Source of the DNA: Macrostomum lignano
Taxonomy: Eukaryota
Direction of reading: 5' to 3'
Length of the DNA: 64,000 bases
NCBI GenBank assembly: GCA_002269645.1
Contig: NIVC01000035.1
Location: forward strand, 1-64,000
Each line of letters opens with the position of its first letter. Within the stretch, counting starts at the first letter, position 1. Under the pieces are notes generated by a model. It made no database searches. It was not told where the DNA came from and saw only the letters and a list, made by a program, of their open reading frames with translations. The position numbers and the translations under genes were made by a program. This document shows, piece by piece, positions 60,555 to 64,000 of this stretch.

Positions 60555-60971
60555 CCATTTTGCGGATGGTGGCGATGGGGTGTATGCCAGAAAATTCCGG
60601 CGTACACTTGATTTCCGTGGCATACACCAGTGTATATTTCTTGGCTATGTACAGTGTGGCGTATAGTGTAGTGTATGGCGACTGGCATAGAAATTAATAT
60701 AAAGAATTTTTTCATGCTTTTTCTGTGTTAAGTTATTTCAAAAACCATTTCTTCTGCTACTATTTTCTCATTTACCAATCATTTTAATTACCAAAATTGT
60801 CACGACAATCGTCATGTCGTTATTAATTTTTTGTAGTTTAAATTTAAATTTAAATATTCGTTGATTTTTTTACCATTTTTTAAGTTGGCGTACATGTAAA
60901 ATCTGTTGGCGTACAATTGAAAATTCAATAAAACTGTGTCCAGCGTACACAGAAAACCTTCCGCAATATGG
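60555..60971. mobile_element. 417-bp MITE with 8-bp TSD
   Basis: Perfect TSD CTGTTATG (60547-54, 60972-79); TIR CCATTTTGCGGATGGT vs rc CCATATTGCGGAAGGT (14/16); repeated internal GGCGTACA motifs. Confidence 0.75.
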
Positions 60972-63900
60972 CTGTTATGCTCTACTTTCAACCAATATAT
61001 ATTGGAATAATATTATCTGAAATATTGAAGACTCACAAAGCAAGAGCTCATAGGTATAGGCCTAGCTATCTATATTATATGGCCATGGGGTAGATAGGCC
61101 AATTAGATTTTTAAATCTTGAAGTCCAAAAGCATGCACATTTTGAAAATATTTCAGCAAGTCAAAGATGTAACAAAATTGATTCTGACTTTTCCTAAATT
61201 GAGTTTTGACATTGACATTTAAATTTATAAATCAGAAATGAGCCTACAGTACAGATTACAATGCCTTGTCTACTGCCTACTCTATTCTATCATTAAAATA
61301 TATAGAAAATCACGAATCATATTCCAATATCCATATTCATACACATATTCATAAAAGTGTGAGTGAGTTAGTGCGTTAAAAATAGTCAACCGAATTCAAA
61401 TTTTTAGATAATTTCTACCTTCTTGGCTGGCTTCACGATTCTATGAATATATGCTAATCGTTATACGAACGTTAGGTTAGCAGGAGCAGCCCATGAACAC
61501 TGCGACTGCTGGCGCTGGCGCAACAGTCTGTACATATGAATACGAGTACACGTGTATGAAGCTTATCTGACTTTGATCTTTTAGACTCTTATCTAATTGG
61601 ACCAACATAACCTCAGGCCTCTCTTCCTGAGACCTCGTCTATCTATCGTTCGTCACCTTAAACAACACAAGGCTTGACCCTCGAGCCTGGACCAATTGAA
61701 AAGTATAATCTTTAATTTTGCTTTAAAAATAGCTAATGAAACAAATAAAATCGCACTACTTTATTAGTTAATATTAATTTATTCACAAAAATAATAGTTT
61801 CTAACTTAAAACATTTTGAAACAGAATTTAACATTAAGATGAAAATCTGTAAATTTAATTTTTTTGTTATAGCTTATAAAAATCCGGTATGGGTTGATAA
61901 TTTACGCAATTCACAATTCAAAAACAATTTACTCGTTTTTTCGTATCCCCGTTAATCCTAATATCCTCATAGATTATCTCGAAGGTCAGTCTTCGAGTCT
62001 TTTCAGCTCTCTTTCGTCTGCATTGGCTCACATATTATGTAGATCCACCAAAAAATTAACCTACATGTATAGTTGCTGCACTCCTCCGGGTTGGTCGTCG
62101 GTCTCGAGTGTGCTCGCTCCTCCTCCGCACCCCCCCCCGCGGATTCCGGCCCGGCCACGTGCTGGGCTCATTAATATTTCTAGCTCCGGATTGAATGGCC
62201 TCTCGCCTGCCGAATTGATGGTATATAGCTACTATATACTACCACTGTAGTTTTGTCAACACTTAAGTTGCTTTTTACAGTGGGCTTCCGTTGTTTCATT
62301 TATTCGCTCTATATTTCTTCAATTGTGCCACTTTTTTATATTTGAGCCGGCCTCTTCTCACATTGTGTGTTAATTTTGCTTGGCTTGGCTAATTTGCTTC
62401 GTGGCCCTTTCGTATGACTTTTTAAACTATACGGATATACGGATATGCATGAATTTAGAGTTACCTAAAGCGGCTTGTTTTAGCGGGGGCAACGTTTCTA
62501 ATTAAGAGCTGACAGAAACTTGCACAGGTAAAAAATCAGCTAAGGTTTGTTGAGTTTTGTTTGAACTGCGAGATACATGACGTAGTTGTTAGGTCATTTT
62601 TCATCCTTTTATTCTGTATTATTTTCGTACGAAGTTACATGTATATTGTAGGGAGCTGACAGAATTCCAGATGCAGTTCTCTGAAGAAAAACTTGTAACA
62701 AAACGTGTGGCTAGCGTTTGAAAAAAGTGATAGAATTGCCTTCTAAAATTTCGCTGTCGGTTTCAATATTGATATTTGATTATATGGACATGAAATATGA
62801 GCGTATGCATGCGGTTTTCAGCTTTCAGTTTGCAAAGTGTTAGAGAATCAGTGCCGCACCCGAACAAAACCAGACTACTCATCATCACCGAGATTAAAGA
62901 AAATCTTTAAATCCTGAACTCTCTGCTCTTAGGTAGGAAATCAAAATGACACATTGAGAGCCAATTCAGACAGAACTGTCTCGGGTTGAAGTCATTCCTG
63001 AGGCCGTTTTCTATGCGCTTAAGCCTTGACACATTTGATGCAAAAAATTATCCTGGGTGATGGCATGGACTCGGCTTGTATTCTTAAATTAGGCATGCTC
63101 TGTCCTAACTCTGTCATGCGCATGCTCTGTCTAGGTAGCTAGCGACACCATGCTCAGCGGTTGGTGTGCAGACACTTCTGCTGCTGCTGATGCTAATGCT
63201 CAATACAGGTGCGACAGAGCCCAAAAAATAGTTTTTTTGTTAGTTAAGGTCATTTGTCAATTACGTAGTTAAACAGAAACTCACTCAGTAGCAGATAACA
63301 GATTTAGTTTGTCTCGCAATTGTTATGCTAGTTTAGTTTGCGAGTAGCCAACGAACGTCCCAGGTAGAGAAAAAAGAGGGAGATATATCCCACTAGGCAT
63401 CAATTTCACTATATTTAATAATAGCTCAGCTGCATGTTTAGGTCAAGTGCGAATGTACGGCAGGATGAGGTGCGAGGTGGGGTGATCAATGTCAGAGGGG
63501 ATGGGCAGACTGGGAGGGTTGGGGTAATGGCGCCAGAGAAAAAGGGCCGATAGCACAATACCCCTCCCAAAGTCATAAAAACAAAGACTGAATGAAATCG
63601 ACAAAAATGCATTTAATGGAGTTCGTAATACGAAAATAAGAGAAAAGGATGCGGTTACTGAAAACGCGAGAACAGGGATGAAGAGCGCTACGCAAAAAAA
63701 TAGCAAAAATGTTCTTATTGAACGACAAAAACTTGTTATAAAAGTAAACTAAAAATTAGGTATTTTGTAGTTCAGGTCTTCCGGGCTGCGCCAGATTCCT
63801 GCTTGACACCACACTCTTGGAACCCGAAGTCACACTCACTGACGCTGAAAAAATTATGTCGTTTTCGACATCATTGCTGTGGTCATCGATCAGCCTCCTG

Positions 63901-64000
63901 CCGGTCTCCGATGCTCGACACCTTGTCCTTTGTGTCCTTTCAGCCTGGCCCTCCTCACAACTCCCGAGGAACGAGTGAAAAGTTTGCTTTAGCACACCTG

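Noticed and set aside
61894-64000. GC-richer patches and ORFs (61894-62250, ~63150-63210, 63756-63995) that might be exons
   Set aside because: No homology recognisable and no consistent exon chain within the window.

Overview
Repeat-rich metazoan genomic DNA with GC-rich exons, AT-rich intergenic DNA, GT-AG introns and a very high minisatellite load. The style suggests a free-living flatworm such as Macrostomum, which is inference only. Five host genes can be reconstructed: an intronless Cys-loop ligand-gated ion channel (-, 3084-4282, one homopolymer frameshift), a 7-exon ZFYVE1/DFCP1 orthologue (+, 17727-27177), a 4-exon eIF5 (+, 41937-47545), an intronless CEP20/FOPNL (-, 52346-52783) and a 6-exon SLC46-like MFS transporter (-, 54044-57753, one homopolymer frameshift). 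Mobile DNA: one intact DD34D mariner with TIRs and TA duplication, two decayed mariners, a Tc1/IS630-like remnant, Crypton-like tyrosine-recombinase fragments, a THAP/P-element derivative with an 8-bp TSD, a second P-like family (a long copy plus a MITE), Harbinger-like and Mutator-like non-autonomous elements, and SINE/LINE remnants. Most introns hold their own tandem repeat. A ~90-copy 24-bp array between eIF5 and CEP20 reads as tandem DR3-type nuclear-receptor motifs. No rRNA, tRNA or CRISPR array is supported. Most long ORFs in the supplied track are repeat artefacts.
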